From: an uncultured Halobacteriales archaeon
GTDB taxonomy: Archaea > Thermoplasmatota > E2 > JACPAO01 > JAHFTW01
Reading direction: 5' to 3'
NCBI GenBank assembly: GCA_964627625.1
Contig: CAZVJB010000002.1
Coordinates: forward strand, 92,197 to 156,196
Length of the DNA: 64,000 nt
Within the stretch, counting starts at the first letter, position 1, and each line of letters opens with the position of its first letter. Position numbers and translations under genes: made by a program. Below the pieces are notes generated by a model. It was not told the DNA's origin. It did no database searches and was given only the letters and a program-made list of their open reading frames with translations. Shown in pieces: positions 63,522-64,000 of the stretch.

Positions 63522-63929
63522 TCAGGGACGCGCGCCGCCGTCAGCCCCGTCAAGTTGATGGCGAACCTCCTTGACGAAGGATGCCTCGAGTCGCTTTCCC
63601 CTGAGGCGCGCAAGCCACGTCGTCCTCGTCCGTCGATTGTAAAGCTGGTTCCAATCGACACGACTGGCAAGCTGCAAGCGCAGGAGGCGCTCGGGCCCAT
63701 AGTAGAAGCCGTCGAGGTCAGGATGCTGGTGACGCATCGTGTCCATGAAGGCCATCAGCTTCACCATGGCATTTCTAGGCTCGCCGGGCGTGTAGAGGCC
63801 TAGCAGGACTTGGCAGTCGCCCCTGGACCACTCGTCGCAGTTTCGCGACACGATTGCCAGCACCTTGGCAGCCAGGGGTTCCGCATCAGGCAGAATTCGG
63901 GGGTCCTGTGGTGATGTTGGCGCGTCCAC
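63522..63929 (-). CDS. Hypothetical protein
   Basis: MDAPTSPQDPRILPDAEPLAAKVLAIVSRNCDEWSRGDCQVLLGLYTPGEPRNAMVKLMAFMDTMRHQHPDLDGFYYGPERLLRLQL… is protein-like. No family was recognised. Confidence 0.35.
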   Translation of the reverse strand: MDAPTSPQDPRILPDAEPLAAKVLAIVSRNCDEWSRGDCQVLLGLYTPGEPRNAMVKLMAFMDTMRHQHPDLDGFYYGPERLLRLQLASRVDWNQLYNRRTRTTWLARLRGKRLEASFVKEVRHQLDGADGGARP

Positions 63930-64000
63930 GTCCGACGAGCGGCGCGGAGCTATTAGGATGCCAGGTCCCCCGGCCCGGCTTGCGTTTCAGTGCAAGAAAG

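Overview
This window is a high-GC (roughly 65%), gene-dense segment from what is almost certainly a euryarchaeon. The evidence is a cdrS-like ribbon-helix-helix gene directly upstream of ftsZ, an NcsA-type tRNA-thiolation ATPase, a PAC2 proteasome-assembly chaperone, an archaeal Nob1-like PIN/Zn-ribbon nuclease, and an SRP (7S) RNA.

Housekeeping content:
- uvrB
- RNase HI
- malate dehydrogenase
- family-4 uracil-DNA glycosylase
- an ABC-F ATPase
- an MMPL/RND exporter
- a TauE/SafE permease
- a GT2/flippase/nucleotidyltransferase glycan-synthesis cluster
- a three-gene, translationally coupled sarcosine-oxidase/proline-dehydrogenase-like flavoenzyme operon

The most striking content is an unusually dense set of giant type-I membrane surface proteins: N-terminal signal peptide, large ectodomain, one C-terminal transmembrane helix, short basic tail. 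They are built from eukaryote-like ECM and adhesion modules:
- Kelch-like propellers
- PKD domains
- thrombospondin type-3 calcium-binding repeats
- integrin-like FG-GAP repeats
- FN3 domains
- Ig-like (Big_2) domains

One of these proteins (51098-53488) carries a cytoplasmic tandem winged-helix DNA-binding tail after its transmembrane helix. Three stand-alone paralogues of that tandem-wHTH module lie elsewhere in the window, one in a compact cassette with a small secreted peptide and a membrane receptor-like protein. The fused gene and the cassette share an upstream motif, GTGATTTYCATAAC. I take this to be a candidate, apparently undescribed, membrane-tethered one-component signalling system.

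Other observations:
- a probable homopolymer frameshift splitting a ~1260-aa surface protein
- a lipoprotein family with a triplicated novel domain
- palindromic operators at the cdrS promoter
- several unexplained repeat-bearing non-coding stretches
- an AT-rich, repeat-containing island near the 3' end

No CRISPR array, rRNA or convincing tRNA was seen. Coordinates refined by hand from the ORF track may be off by a few nucleotides.
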